64,000 bases of DNA from Macrostomum lignano (taxonomy: Eukaryota). The first letter of the stretch is position 1. Every line of letters starts with the position of its first letter. The DNA lies in assembly GCA_002269645.1 (NCBI GenBank), contig NIVC01002839.1:72196-136195 (forward strand), written 5' to 3'. The notes below the pieces were generated by a model. That model made no database searches and was not told the origin of the DNA. It worked only from the letters and a program-made list of their open reading frames with translations. Of this stretch, positions 53,151 through 64,000 are shown piece by piece. The position numbers and the translations under genes were made by a program.

Positions 53151-55569
53151 GCGACTATGCAAACATTTTCATTCTATAATGTGTGGATGAATTTGGGCAG
53201 CTGTCAGCGAGAGTTAACGACTAGTCTAAGGAATTCCCATTATACGTTTTGCTTCCCTTTAGCATCCATATCGCTTTCAGAGAAACTGGTGAAGGAGAAG
53301 CAGAGACATTTCAAGTTGCAGACTTTTCTGTATGGTGGAAAAGTAGGTGCCCGAGAATTTGGGATTTTAGCTTCAGCTTTAATATCAATATTGACCTTCG
53401 GTATTAGCTCGGTATTCTTTGTTAAGAACTGATTAGCCAATCAAAGCCACTGCCACAGAACTCTCGGCCATAGACAATAAAGCCAATCAAAGCCACTGCC
53501 ACAGAACTGCTCTCGGCCATAGACAATAAAGCTAATCAAAGCCACTGCCACAGAACTGCTCTCGGCCATAGACAATAAAGCTAATCAAAGACACTATCAC
53601 AGCTTTTAGTATAATTATCCACTTAATTGACTTTTACTGGCTATCGTCAAATCATATTTTTTGTTTTGAGGCGTTGAAAGTCAAAATTAATATTTTGCTT
53701 TTGATAACTGATTTAACTTGTTTTAGTCAATATCTAGTGAAAAAAATGTACTTTAGAACGCGTGAAATGGTGTATCACATTGAAAAAGATTGATAACATT
53801 TATGAGCTATTTTATTTTGTTATAATTGCTTCTTACATTACTCGTATTCCCTTTCTTTGTCATTTATTAATTTGAGCAGTCACAGAACTTTTTTCTCACA
53901 AGTTTTAAACTATTAATATTTCTATTCCAACTTGTATTCGGTAAAAAAATCTTGTTACCTTGATCATTGCGAGCGTTATGTTATTCGACTTTAACTATTC
54001 CATTTGTAAAGTAAAGAGGCATTGAAATTGTTTATAATAATTGATTTTTTGTCAGCTATCAACGTACGCTTGTACGATTGTTTTGTATAAAACCTATTCT
54101 ATATGCTATTGTACCTCTTGGTTAATATTTTTTAAAAGTACATTACAGCATTTTATACATTAGCTAGATTTTGTGTATAAAATTTGTTATAATCAAATAT
54201 TATTAATGTTGCTAATGTTGTTTTCTTTATTATAGTTTTATGTTAGCTTTGTTGTTTTGTAGTTGATTATAATAGTTACAATAGATAGTCTTTTGTTTAA
54301 CTGGTTCGCTCTGTTTTTCCGGTACACACAATATTATAAATTACACTCAATATACAATTAATTATTAAATGCACGAACAATTTAGACATTTGTCATTACA
54401 TCTGGTCTTTGTCAATAGCTATAATTACATTTAAAAAATTCACTATGAATAAATACTCATTTATCTTTGTAATTTGTTAAAATTAACAACCTAAAGAGGG
54501 TAGGCCCACAGCTCAGTTAAAACTTGGATAAGTGTAATTAGAATGAAATTAGATTGTCTTAATTTACTTTAATCTGGTCTGATCTGGTAAACTCTGCACT
54601 TGTATGATACTCGTACGAGGGTTGTCTAAAAAATGAAAATCGAAAATAGGAAAAAGTAATATAATCTCATCTTTCATTGTGCGGCTGTGTTGCTTACTTT
54701 TTTGGTCTATGATGGCTCATACAGTTACAAAAAGGATTGTTTGTCGAAGTATACTCAGCAACATTGAAAAGTCGCCATCCTTTGCCCCAGTAAGCAGTGC
54801 CTTTCGACCAGCGTTTATCACCTGGGCAACAATTGTGATATTTAAAATGCTTGATAAAAACAATTAAAACCGGGCGGAAGCCTCAATCCATTCAATCTTT
54901 GACCTTCGCTCTGCTCACCCAGCCTGTAGAGATCTCCAAATATGGTACAAAGTAAGTACTATAAGTAGTAACGTGAAAATGCAAAACTAAATAATGTAGA
55001 ATCTCCGAATACGATACAAAGTAAACTACTATAAGTACCAGGTAGCAACATAAAAATGCGAAAACTTAAAAATCTAAAAACACCAAGTGGTCACACTCCA
55101 TTTTTAGAAAAACACGAAAACAACAAGTGGTCATCTTATGTAACATCTAAAAATAGAATTCCAAATATGGTATTGATGCGCAAAACCTAATGTATTCTAT
55201 TAAATTTTCGAGAGGTCAAAATTCCAAGACGCAAATGAGTCACCTTCCCAAAATAACCTGTATACCCCAAAAGTTTACTATAAATACAAGCCAAAATCCG
55301 AGCTAAAAATCTCAGACTCATCAGACTCAAATCCCAGACTTGATTTAACTGAGTTCATTGAATTTGAGGCCTCGCATTTTCCTAAGGGATTGGATAGGAT
55401 CTGCGGACCGATTCCGATACCCTTAGAGGATTATTGAGTGATTGATTTTGGATTATCCTAGATTAACCGATAGGAGCATTCCGTTAGTTCTAGAGGAAGA
55501 CGCCCTTTTTGGAGGACCTCGTGTTATACAAATGTAGAAGTTGATTTTGTTATCAGGGCGCATCGTTGA

Positions 55570-55785
55570 TATTGATTTCTGCACTCGAGGAATATAGTGA
55601 TTTCTGCACTCGAGGAATATATTGATATATTGATTTCTGCACTCGGAGAATATATTGATTTCTGCACTCGAGGAATATATTGATTTCTGCACTCGAGGAA
55701 TATATTGATATATTGATTTCTGCACTCGAGGAATATATTGATTTCTGCACTCTAGGAATATATTGATTTCTGCACTCGAGGAAAT
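55570..55785. repeat. ~25-bp minisatellite ATTGATTTCTGCACTCGAGGAATAT
   Basis: Visible tandem array. Confidence 0.9.
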
Positions 55786-56037
55786 ACTGCGACGTCGATT
55801 TAATTGTTACGCTCTCACTTTCGGCCGATTCTAGACTTCAAGAAGACCAACCCGGGAGGAACAGATCTGCGAAGACAAGCTCTACAGACGCGCGCGACAA
55901 AGAAGAGGATTCGAAGAAACGAGCTCGGAGAACCTGCCCAACAAAGAAGAGGAGCCCGCAACAGTAAGTGATCACTACATTTTGTTCCCAGGCTTAGGGT
56001 CTGGAAGTGGGAGTTCGAGTGTTTAGACAATAGACAT

Positions 56038-56081
<44 letters not shown>

Positions 56082-56251
56082 CCCCCCTCTCTCTCTAGTG
56101 TGCTAAAGCGAACTCTTCAAGCCCAACTCTGCGTCGCGTGGCGCAAGTTGCGTCACTCAAAAGTCAACACTGAGCTGGAATTTACTGCGCTCTCTCAAAG
56201 GTGGCGACTTTTTAAATTTTGTTGAGTATAGATAACAGAGTGTGCTACAAC

Positions 56252-56439
56252 CATGGATGAATGAATAGAATGGATTGCTATTCTGGCTCTGGCTATTTTC
56301 GTTTTTGACTGAAATAACTGACAATTGTCTATGGCAATCATCAACCAATGAAAAGGCACGGGGGGAACCGGATGCAAAAGAGTCAAAAACGAAAATAGTC
56401 AGAGCCAGAATAGCAATCCATTCTATTCATTCATCCATG
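56252..56439. mobile_element. 188-bp MITE, probably P-superfamily
   Basis: 59-bp TIRs starting CATGGATGAATGAATAG (1 mismatch); perfect 8-bp TSD GCTACAAC (56244-56251, 56440-56447). Confidence 0.8.
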
Positions 56440-56560
56440 GCTACAACTGGTTCACTTTCCGTTTTAAACTACCTGCAACCAACGACAGTTTACGTACACT
56501 TTTGACAAAAGTCAATCAGTTCTAACCTACTAGCTCTCTGGCGGGGGGTGATAGCTATCT

Positions 56561-58796
56561 AGGGATGCTTGCTATCCAGGGATGCTTGCTATCCAGGGAT
56601 GCTTGCTATCTAGGGACTCTTGCTATCCAGGGATGCTTGCTAACTAGGGACTCTTGCTATCCAGGGATGCTTGCTATCCAGGGATGCTTGCTATCCAGGG
56701 ATGCTTGCTATCCAGGGATGCTTGCTATCCAGGGATGCTTGCTATCCAGGATTGCTTGCTATCCAGGGATGCTTGCTATCCAGGGATGCTTGCTATCCAG
56801 GGATGCTTGCTAACTAGGGACTCTTGCTATCCAGGGATGCTTGCTATCCATGGATGCTTGCTATCCAGGGATGCTTGCTATCCAGGGATGCTTGCTATCC
56901 AGGGATGCTTGCTATCTAGGGACTCTTGCTATCCAGGGATGCTTGCTATCCATGGATGCTTGCTATCCAGGGATGCTTGCTATCCAGGGATGCTTGCTAT
57001 CCAGGGATGCTTGCTATCCAGGGATGCTTGCTATCCAGGGATGCTTGCTATCCAGGGATGCTTGCTATCCAGGGATGCTTGCTATCCAGGGATGCTTGCT
57101 ATCCAGGGATGCTTGCTATCCAGGGATGCTTGCTATCCAGGGATGCTTGCTATCCAGGGATGCTTGCTATCCAGGGATGCTTGCTATCTAGGGACTCTTG
57201 CTATCCAGGGATGCTTGCTATCCAGGGATGCTTGCTATCCAGGGATGCTTGCTATCCAGGGATGCTTGCTATCCAGGGATGCTTGCTATCCAGGGATGCT
57301 TGCTATCCAGGGATGCTTGCTATCTAGGGACTCTTTCTATCCAGGGATGCTTGCTATCCAGGGATGCTTGCTATCCAGGGATGCTTGCTATCCAGGGATG
57401 CTTGCTATCCAGGGATGCTTGCTATCCAGGGATGCTTGCTATCAAGGGATGCTTGCTATCCAGGGATGCTTGCTATCCAGGGATGCTTGCTATCTAGGGA
57501 CTCTTGCTATCCAGGGATGCTTGCTATCCAGGGATGCTTGCTATCCAGGGACTCTTGCTATCCAGGGATGCTTGCTATCCAGGGATGCTTGCTATCAAGG
57601 GATGCTTGCTATCAAGGGATGCTTGCTATCCAGGGATGCTTGCTATCCAGGGATGCTTGCTATCCAGGGATGCTTGCTATCCAGGGATGCTTGCTATCCA
57701 GGGATGCTTGCTATCTAGGGACTCTTGCTATCCAGGGATGCTTGCTAACTAGGGACTCTTGCTATCCAGGGATGCTTGCTATCCAGGGATGCTTGCTATC
57801 CAAGGATGCTTGCTATCCAGGGATGCTTGCTATCCAGGGATGCTTGCTATCCAGGGATGCTTGCTATCCAGGGATGCTTGCCATCCAGGGATGCTTGCTA
57901 TCCAGGGATGCTTGCTATCTAGGGACTCTTGCTATCCAGGGATGCTTGCTATCCAGGGATGCTTGCTATCCAGGGATGCTTGCTATCCAGGGATGCTTGC
58001 TATCCATGGATGCTTGCTATCCAGGGATGCTTGCTATCTAGGGACTCTTGCTATCCAGGGATGCTTGCTAACAAGGGATGCTTGCTAACAAGGGACTCTT
58101 GCTATCCAGGGATGCTTGCTATCCAGGGATGCTTGCTATCCAGGGATGCTTGCTATCCAGGGATGCTTGCTATCCATGGATGCTTGCTATCCAGGGATGC
58201 TTGCTATGCAGGGATGCTTGCTATCCAGGGATGCTTGCTATCTAGGGACTCTTGCTATCTCAATCAGTTCTAACTAGCTCTCTGGCGGGGGGTGATAGCT
58301 ATCTAGGGATGCTTGCTATCTAGGGATGCTTGCTATCCAGGGATGCTTGCTATCCAGGGATGCTTGCTATCCAGGGATGCTTGCTATCCAGGGATGCTTG
58401 CTATCCAGGGATGCTTGCTATCCAGGGATGCTTGCTATCCAGGGATGCTTGCTATCCAGGGATGCTTGCTATCAGGGACGCTTGCTATCCAGGGATGCTT
58501 GCTATCCAGGGATGCTTGCTATCCAGGGACGCTTGCTATCCAGGGACGCTTGCTATCCAGGGATGCTTGCTATCCAGGGATGCTTGCTATCTAGGGACTC
58601 TTGCTATCCAGGGATGCTTGCTATCCATGGATGCTTGCTATCCAGGGATGCTTGCTATCCAGGGATGCTTGCTATCCAGGGATGCTTGCTATCCAGGGAT
58701 GCTTGCTATCCAGGGATGCTTGCTATCCAGGGATGCTTGCTATCCAGGGATGCTTGCTATCCAGGGATGCTTGCTATCCATGGATGCTTGCTATCC
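56561..58796. repeat. 17-bp satellite A (GGGATGCTTGCTATCCA)n in two blocks sharing a ~50-bp leader (56514 and 58261); resumes at 62694-62940
   Basis: Visible tandem array; all six-frame ORFs here are repeat artefacts. Confidence 0.97.
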
Positions 58797-58823
58797 AGGG
58801 ATAGCAAGCATCCATGGATAAGA

Positions 58824-59526
58824 TTTGCAGTCTTAATTTATTTGCAGTCTTAATTTATTTGCAGTCTTAATTTATTTGCAGTCTTAATTTATTTGCAGTC
58901 TTAATTTATTTGCAGTCTTAATTTATTTGCAGTCTTAATTTATTTGCAGTCTTAATTTATTTGCAGTCTAAATTTATTTGCAGTCTTAATTTATTTGCAG
59001 TCTTAATTTATTTGCAGTCTTAATTTATTTGCAGTCTTAATTTATTTGCAGTCTTAATTTATTTGCAGTCTTAATTTATTTGCAGTCTTAATTTATTTGC
59101 AGTCTTAATTTATTTGCAGTCTTAATTTATTTGCAGTCTTAATTTATTTGCAGTCTTAATTTATTTGCAGTCTTAATTTATTTGCAGTCTTAATTTATTT
59201 GCAGTCTTAATTTATTTGCAGTCTTAATTTATTTGCAGTCTTAATTTATTTGCAGTCTTAATTTATTTGCAGTCTTAATTTATTTGCAGTCTTAATTTAT
59301 TTGCAGTCTTAATTTATTTGCAGTCTTAATTTATTTGCAGTCTTAATTTATTTGCAGTCTTAATTTATTTGCAGTCTTAATTTATTTGCAGTCTTAATTT
59401 ATTTGCAGTCTTAATTTATTTGCAGTCTTAATTTATTTGCAGTCTTAATTTATTTGCAGTCTTAATTTATTTGCAGTCTTAATTTATTTGCAGTCTTAAT
59501 TTATTTGCAGTCTTAATTTATTTGCA
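58824..59526. repeat. 17-bp satellite B (GTCTTAATTTATTTGCA)n, about 41 near-identical copies
   Basis: Period 17, about one variant copy, running directly into the RTE 5' end. Confidence 0.97.
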
Positions 59527-59607
59527 CCACGGTGCAGATAAATGCCGCTACCTCCTCGTGGTAAGAGCGGAGAGCCGCGCTTAACTGCTGCGGCGGCCAA
59601 ATGCGGC
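59510..59607 (+). ncRNA. HDV-like self-cleaving ribozyme at the RTE 5' end
   Basis: P2 GCCGC(59544-48)/GCGGC(59603-07); P3 ACC/GGT around L3 TCCTCGT; P1.1 CC/GG(59569-70); P4 59574-59597; J4/2 CAAA with candidate catalytic C59598; 12-bp J1/2 hairpin. P1 (GTCTT/AAGAGC) is imperfect. Confidence 0.75.
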
Positions 59608-62600
59608 AGGACCAAGCGAGGGCAGCGGAGCGCGCGTCGGCGAGTCGAACGTCGTCGCGAGCGAAACTGGCGAGGTCGGCAACGTGGCGCCGCCGCCGAG
59701 CTGCTGCTGCGCTGGCCCAACTGGATCTTCCGTGTGGCGCCGGGGACCATGAGGCTCACCAGCATCGAGCCCCAGCCGTACCAGAGGGCACGCTTCGGGT
59801 CGGGACGCTGAACTGCCGCACTCTCAAGGCCACATGGCGGAGAGGGCTGCTGGCGAGGCTAGCGCTCGACCTCAGCTGTGATGTCATCGCACTACAGGAG
59901 GTGTCTATCAGAGCCGACCCGGACTTCACTGTGAGGACCTGGGCGCCGGTTGGACACTCTGTTACACCTCAGCGGATGAGCGAGGCCGTGGAGGAGTTGG
60001 AGCACTGATCGGACCGAGGCTGCAGCAGAGCTGTCGCTGCGTCTCCCTGTCTTCTCGGCTGCTTCGGGTCGACGTCCGGCTTCGCGGCCGGAACGCCCGT
60101 TTGTTCTGCGCGTACGCGCCGCCTGCTACCCGCTCCGATGAGGCTCAGGCCTTCTTCGAGCAACTCTCGGTGCGGGTGGAGGAGATGGCGCAACGTGACA
60201 CAGTGGTCATTCTCGGAGACCTGAACGCAGTTCTGCGTAGGTCCGAGCGATCGCTTTTCGTGACAGCGCGCGAGAACGGCAACACCGGAGCGCTAGAGGA
60301 CTTCCTGGAGAGACAGGACATGGTGTCGGCCAACACCAGATTCCGCAAGTCACCGGGCAGGCTCGCGACCTTCGTGGGCTGCAAGCGGAGGCGGCGGAAC
60401 GCGCGCGGCCGGAACGCTACGCGGAGGCTGGCACAGCTCGACCACGTGCTTGTGCGCTTTCGTGAGCGCCGCCGCGTCACCAACTGCCGCACCATTACAC
60501 CGCTGGCTCTGCGGTCCGACCATCGACTGCTCATCTGCGACCTTCGGCTTCGGGACCCGCTCTACCGTCCGCCAAAGCGGCCACCGCGGCGCTACTACGC
60601 GCGCTCAGGGACGCCGAGACGCGACGTCGCTTTGCCGGTGCCTTTGTCACTGCGCTGGGCGACAAGCGTGGAGGAGCGAGTACGCGGAGGTGAGCGCTGC
60701 AGTTCGAGCCGCTGCGGAGCAAGCAGTCCCGCTGATGCGACCGGCCCAGCGCGGGCAGCCGGTCTGGCAGGACGACCCGCGATCGACGAAGCGAGGGAAG
60801 ATCTGGAGAGGCTCCGTCTGAGTGGGCGGCAAACTCGCGAGGCGGAGGAGGCTCTGGCGGCTGTCTACCTGCAGCGGCAGCAGTCCGCTGTCGATGACGC
60901 CATCCAAGCCGTCTCTGCCGCAGGGCCCGATGCCAGAGGGCGCGTGGCCTGGTCCATCATCAACACTCTGACGGGGCGAAAGCGCGCGCATTGCGCTCAA
61001 CCTGGCAGGCGACACTCCGGATGAGCGCAGGAACGAGCTGCGCGAGTTCTTCGCCGCCATTGTCAACGCGCCGCCCCTCCGCTTCCAGAAAATCTGAGGC
61101 TGCCGCCGGAGACGCCGTTGCCGGCGGAGGAGAGTTTCAACGTTGCCCAGTCAGCACAGCCGACGTTGTGAAGTTCGCTCGGCAGTCGCCGGGCGGCAAA
61201 GCGCTTGGTCCGGACGAGGTGCCCACCGAGGCCGCTGCGGATCCACTGCGTGGCCACTGAGGTCGCCAGAGTGATGAACCGCGTGCTTTCCGGTGAGGTG
61301 GCGCCAAACGAATGGACCACGGCGCACATCGTCGCCATTCCAAAGAAGCCGGGCACCACCAAGCTCGAGGAGCATCGAGGCATCTGCCTACAGTCCTGCG
61401 CCGCGAAGCTGTTCAACCGCATGCTGCTATCGCGGCTACAGCCTGTGCTGGACCCGTACTTGCGGCCTGAGCAGAACGGATTCCGGCCCCATCGCGGCAC
61501 AGTGACGCAGATCCTGGCTCTTCGGCGAGTCATCGAGGAGGCGCGCATCCGCCAGTTGACCCTCATCCTGATCTTCGTCGATTTCAGGAAGGCCTTCGAC
61601 TCGGTCGTGAGGGACGCGCTCCCAGAGGTGCTCCGTGCGTACAACGTGCCAGAGCTGCTGATTTCTGCTGTCATGGCGCTGTACCACGGCACGACGGCTG
61701 CTGTCTCAACACCGGACGGCCTATCGGATTTCTTCGAGACATCCTCCGGGGTGCTCCAGGGAGATACGCTAGCGCCGTTCCTATTTATTCTGGTGCTTGA
61801 CTGGTGCTACGGACTGCTCTGCCTTCCAACGACGACGGCTTCCTGCTGCGGCGACGCGTGGGTCGACGCCAACCGGAGAGACGGCTCAGCGTGCTTGGCT
61901 ACGCCGATGACCTCGCCCTGCTGTCCTCGACCGTCGAGGGCGCCCAACGACAGCTGGATAGGCTGGTTGCCGTTGCGGCGAGCGTCGGCCTGGTGGTCAA
62001 CACGCAGAAGACCGTCGTGCTATGCGTGCCGGACGACACCGAGGCTGCAATCTTCTGCCGAGGCGCTGACGGACAGGCGAGTGAGCTTCCAAGATGTCAG
62101 CAGTTCGTCTACCTCGGCGGTCTGGTTCCCGACGTTCGCGAGGATCTGCGGCGTCGCCGAGGACTTGCCTGGGCTGCCTTTCGTTCTATAAGGTCAGTCT
62201 GCAGTCCAGGCCCTACCGGACGCCAGAGGGCGGCGCTGTTCCAGGCGGTGATCGAAACCGTCCTGTTATACAACGCCGAGACCTGGACGCTGACAGACTC
62301 GCTCGAGGCTCAAGTCGACGCGGCGCACGCTGGCCTGCTGCGCGCCGCCTTCAAGATCGGCAACGAGCGAGTCACCAACACGGCGCTCTACCATCGCGCC
62401 GGCCTGGCCGTCCTAGCGATCTGCTGCGCCGTCGGCGACTCCAGCTGGCAGGCCACGTCATCCGCGCCGAGGCCTACTGTCCGGAGCCGGTGCAGGAGGT
62501 GCTGCTACTTACGTTGCAGGCACCCTACGGCGGGGGACAAGCGAGGACACGGCGCTACGTCGACTGTCTGCTGGCTGACGCGGCGCCCCGGACTCTGCCG

Positions 62601-62693
62601 GCGGTGCGGCCTTTGTTCGCGCCCAAGCTTCGAAGCGTGCCATCTGACGTTGCTTTTTACGACCCGGCAGCGTACTCTGTTGTTGTTGTTGTT
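59510..62693 (+). mobile_element. RTE-clade non-LTR retrotransposon, apparently full length, multiple frameshifts
   Basis: APE endonuclease (LRVGTLNCRTL, IALQE, ILGDLNA, LDHVL, SDHRL), RT (EQNGFR, FVDFRKAFDSV, GVLQGDTLAPFLF, GYADDLAL), C-terminal RRRRLQLAGHVIR, and a (TGT)n 3' tail at about 62677-62693. Confidence 0.93.
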
Positions 62694-63493
62694 TTGCTAT
62701 CCAGGGATGCTTGCTATCCAGGGATGCTTGCTATCAAGGGATGCTTGCTATCCAGGGATGCTTGCTATCCAGGGATGCTTGCTATCCAGGGATGCTTGCT
62801 ATCAGGGATGCTTGCTATCCAGGGATGCTTGCTATCTAGGGACTCTTGCTATCCAGGGATGCTTGCTAACAAGGGACTCTTGCTATCCAGGGATGCTTGC
62901 TAACAAGGGACTCTTGCTATCCAGGGATGCTTGCTATCTGGGTGATGCTTTATATTTAGGGGGAATGCACATTATCTTTGTGAAGGCTTTTTTTGTTACT
63001 TTAAGAAAAGAGATCCATAGCAAACATCATTGTCTAAGACAATTTTACTTAAATAAGGTGATTTATAAAATTGAAGAAGGAACGGTTCTTAAGAAAATGT
63101 GCTTTTTAATGGATTGCATGAAAAATTTTTGCTCTTTGCTTCTTTGCTAGTGAAAGCAAGAGCCTGCGCATTATCGTTTTTCTGGTTGAAATTTGTATCC
63201 CGCAAATTTAATTCCGACTCTTTTAAATCGATTAAGACAATTAGATAATAGACACTAGCATCGGAATCGAGTGGAAGAAATTAAAATTGGTTGCAGCTGT
63301 AGTTCAAAACTGAAATGGGAAAAGGTGGTATAGTCAGTTCAAGCAATTTAAGCAAGCGATATGTGGTTGTGGTATAAATATCCTAATATCATAGTGCATG
63401 CAATTAGGATCATTTAAGAGGAACGAGACGTCATATAGCAGCTTTTTCTTGAACTCCAGTTTTGAGTCAACGGAATTGGTTAAATTAATTCAG

Positions 63494-64000
63494 TCATCTT
63501 AAAATGAAGTGACGCAGATGAAGTGACGTAAGTCCATGTACCATACACGTACTTACACTTTGCATGTAATCTAGCCAAGTCAAGTAAATTTCGGTCAGTA
63601 GTCGCACATCCGCTACTACGAGCGTGTAGACGTTGCTGCACTGCTGCGCACCGCTGCGATGAGCTCCAGCACCTGCAGTCGTGGCTTGGTGCGACCTGAA
63701 TGCTGAAAAAATCAAATTTGTGCTCCGTCCCGCTGCATTGCCGCCATGCGATCGGCTGGCGGCCGCTGACTGTTGACTGTGCCTCTCGAACTGTTGCTGC
63801 TGCAACTGCAGTTGGTTTCTCGGCCGAGCTCCATTCTTGTCGAAGTGCGACCGCGCCAGCAGCAGCAGCAGCGACCAACCAGATATCGATGCAACCGTCT
63901 CGTCCTTCGTACTGTCGGTCTCGCGCAGTCTCAGTAGTTGCTGCTGCGGCTGCTGCTGCTGCTGCTGACGGCTGTTAATCTGCATCGTTTGAGTCTGTTT
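63494..64000 (-). CDS. Possible terminal exon of a Gln-rich gene continuing beyond the right edge
   Basis: GC-rich, CAG-rich minus-strand ORF of 163 aa; no recognisable domain. Confidence 0.3.
   Translation of the reverse strand, partial: KQTQTMQINSRQQQQQQPQQQLLRLRETDSTKDETVASISGWSLLLLLARSHFDKNGARPRNQLQLQQQQFERHSQQSAAASRSHGGNAAGRSTNLIFSAFRSHQATTAGAGAHRSGAQQCSNVYTLVVADVRLLTEIYLTWLDYMQSVSTCMVHGLTSLHLRHFILR

Noticed and set aside
54612-54930. Mariner-like TIR start TACGAGGGTTGTC
   Set aside because: No matching right TIR or transposase frame found; at most a fragment.
55830-55970. Exon-like AG...GTAAGT segment with basic/acidic frames
   Set aside because: Single short block with no recognisable domain or partner exons.
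56565-58853. Many long ORFs (MLAIQGCLLSRDACYPG repeats)
   Set aside because: Translations of the 17-bp satellite, whose period keeps frames open; no coding evidence.
58824-59526. CRISPR-like appearance of regular arrays here and at 40511-41345
   Set aside because: Pure tandem units without unique spacers, no cas genes, eukaryotic context.

Overview
Eukaryotic, intron-rich, repeat-dense genomic DNA from an invertebrate animal. GC-rich exons, minisatellite-filled introns and frequent single-base indels resemble a long-read flatworm assembly such as Macrostomum (inference only). Left to right: (1) a minus-strand Ty3/Gypsy retrotransposon (5' LTR about 5545-6540, duplicated tRNA-Leu PBS, gag, -1 frameshift signal, PR-RT-RNaseH, acidic repeat spacer, integrase running off the left edge) inserted in a C-type lectin/PAN exon; (2) unidentified minus-strand exon-like segments; (3) a THAP zinc-finger gene head-to-head with a DUF3504/Crypton-type tyrosine recombinase, with inverted repeats and two motif-sharing hairpins; (4) a small secreted precursor ending in an Arg/Val-rich, Gly-terminated peptide; (5) a divergent importin-alpha lacking an IBB domain and carrying a long repeat tail; (6) a MULE-like PHD-bearing element and MITEs; (7) host genes DNAJC10/ERdj5, GLOD4, a G-protein gamma subunit and a PAGR1-like gene with a Gln/His-rich tail; (8) a 17-bp satellite interrupted by an RTE LINE whose 5' end folds as an HDV-like ribozyme and is preceded by about 41 tandem copies of its apparent first 17 nt. 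Many frameshifts, including one in a host gene, are probably sequencing errors, so pseudogene status is uncertain throughout.
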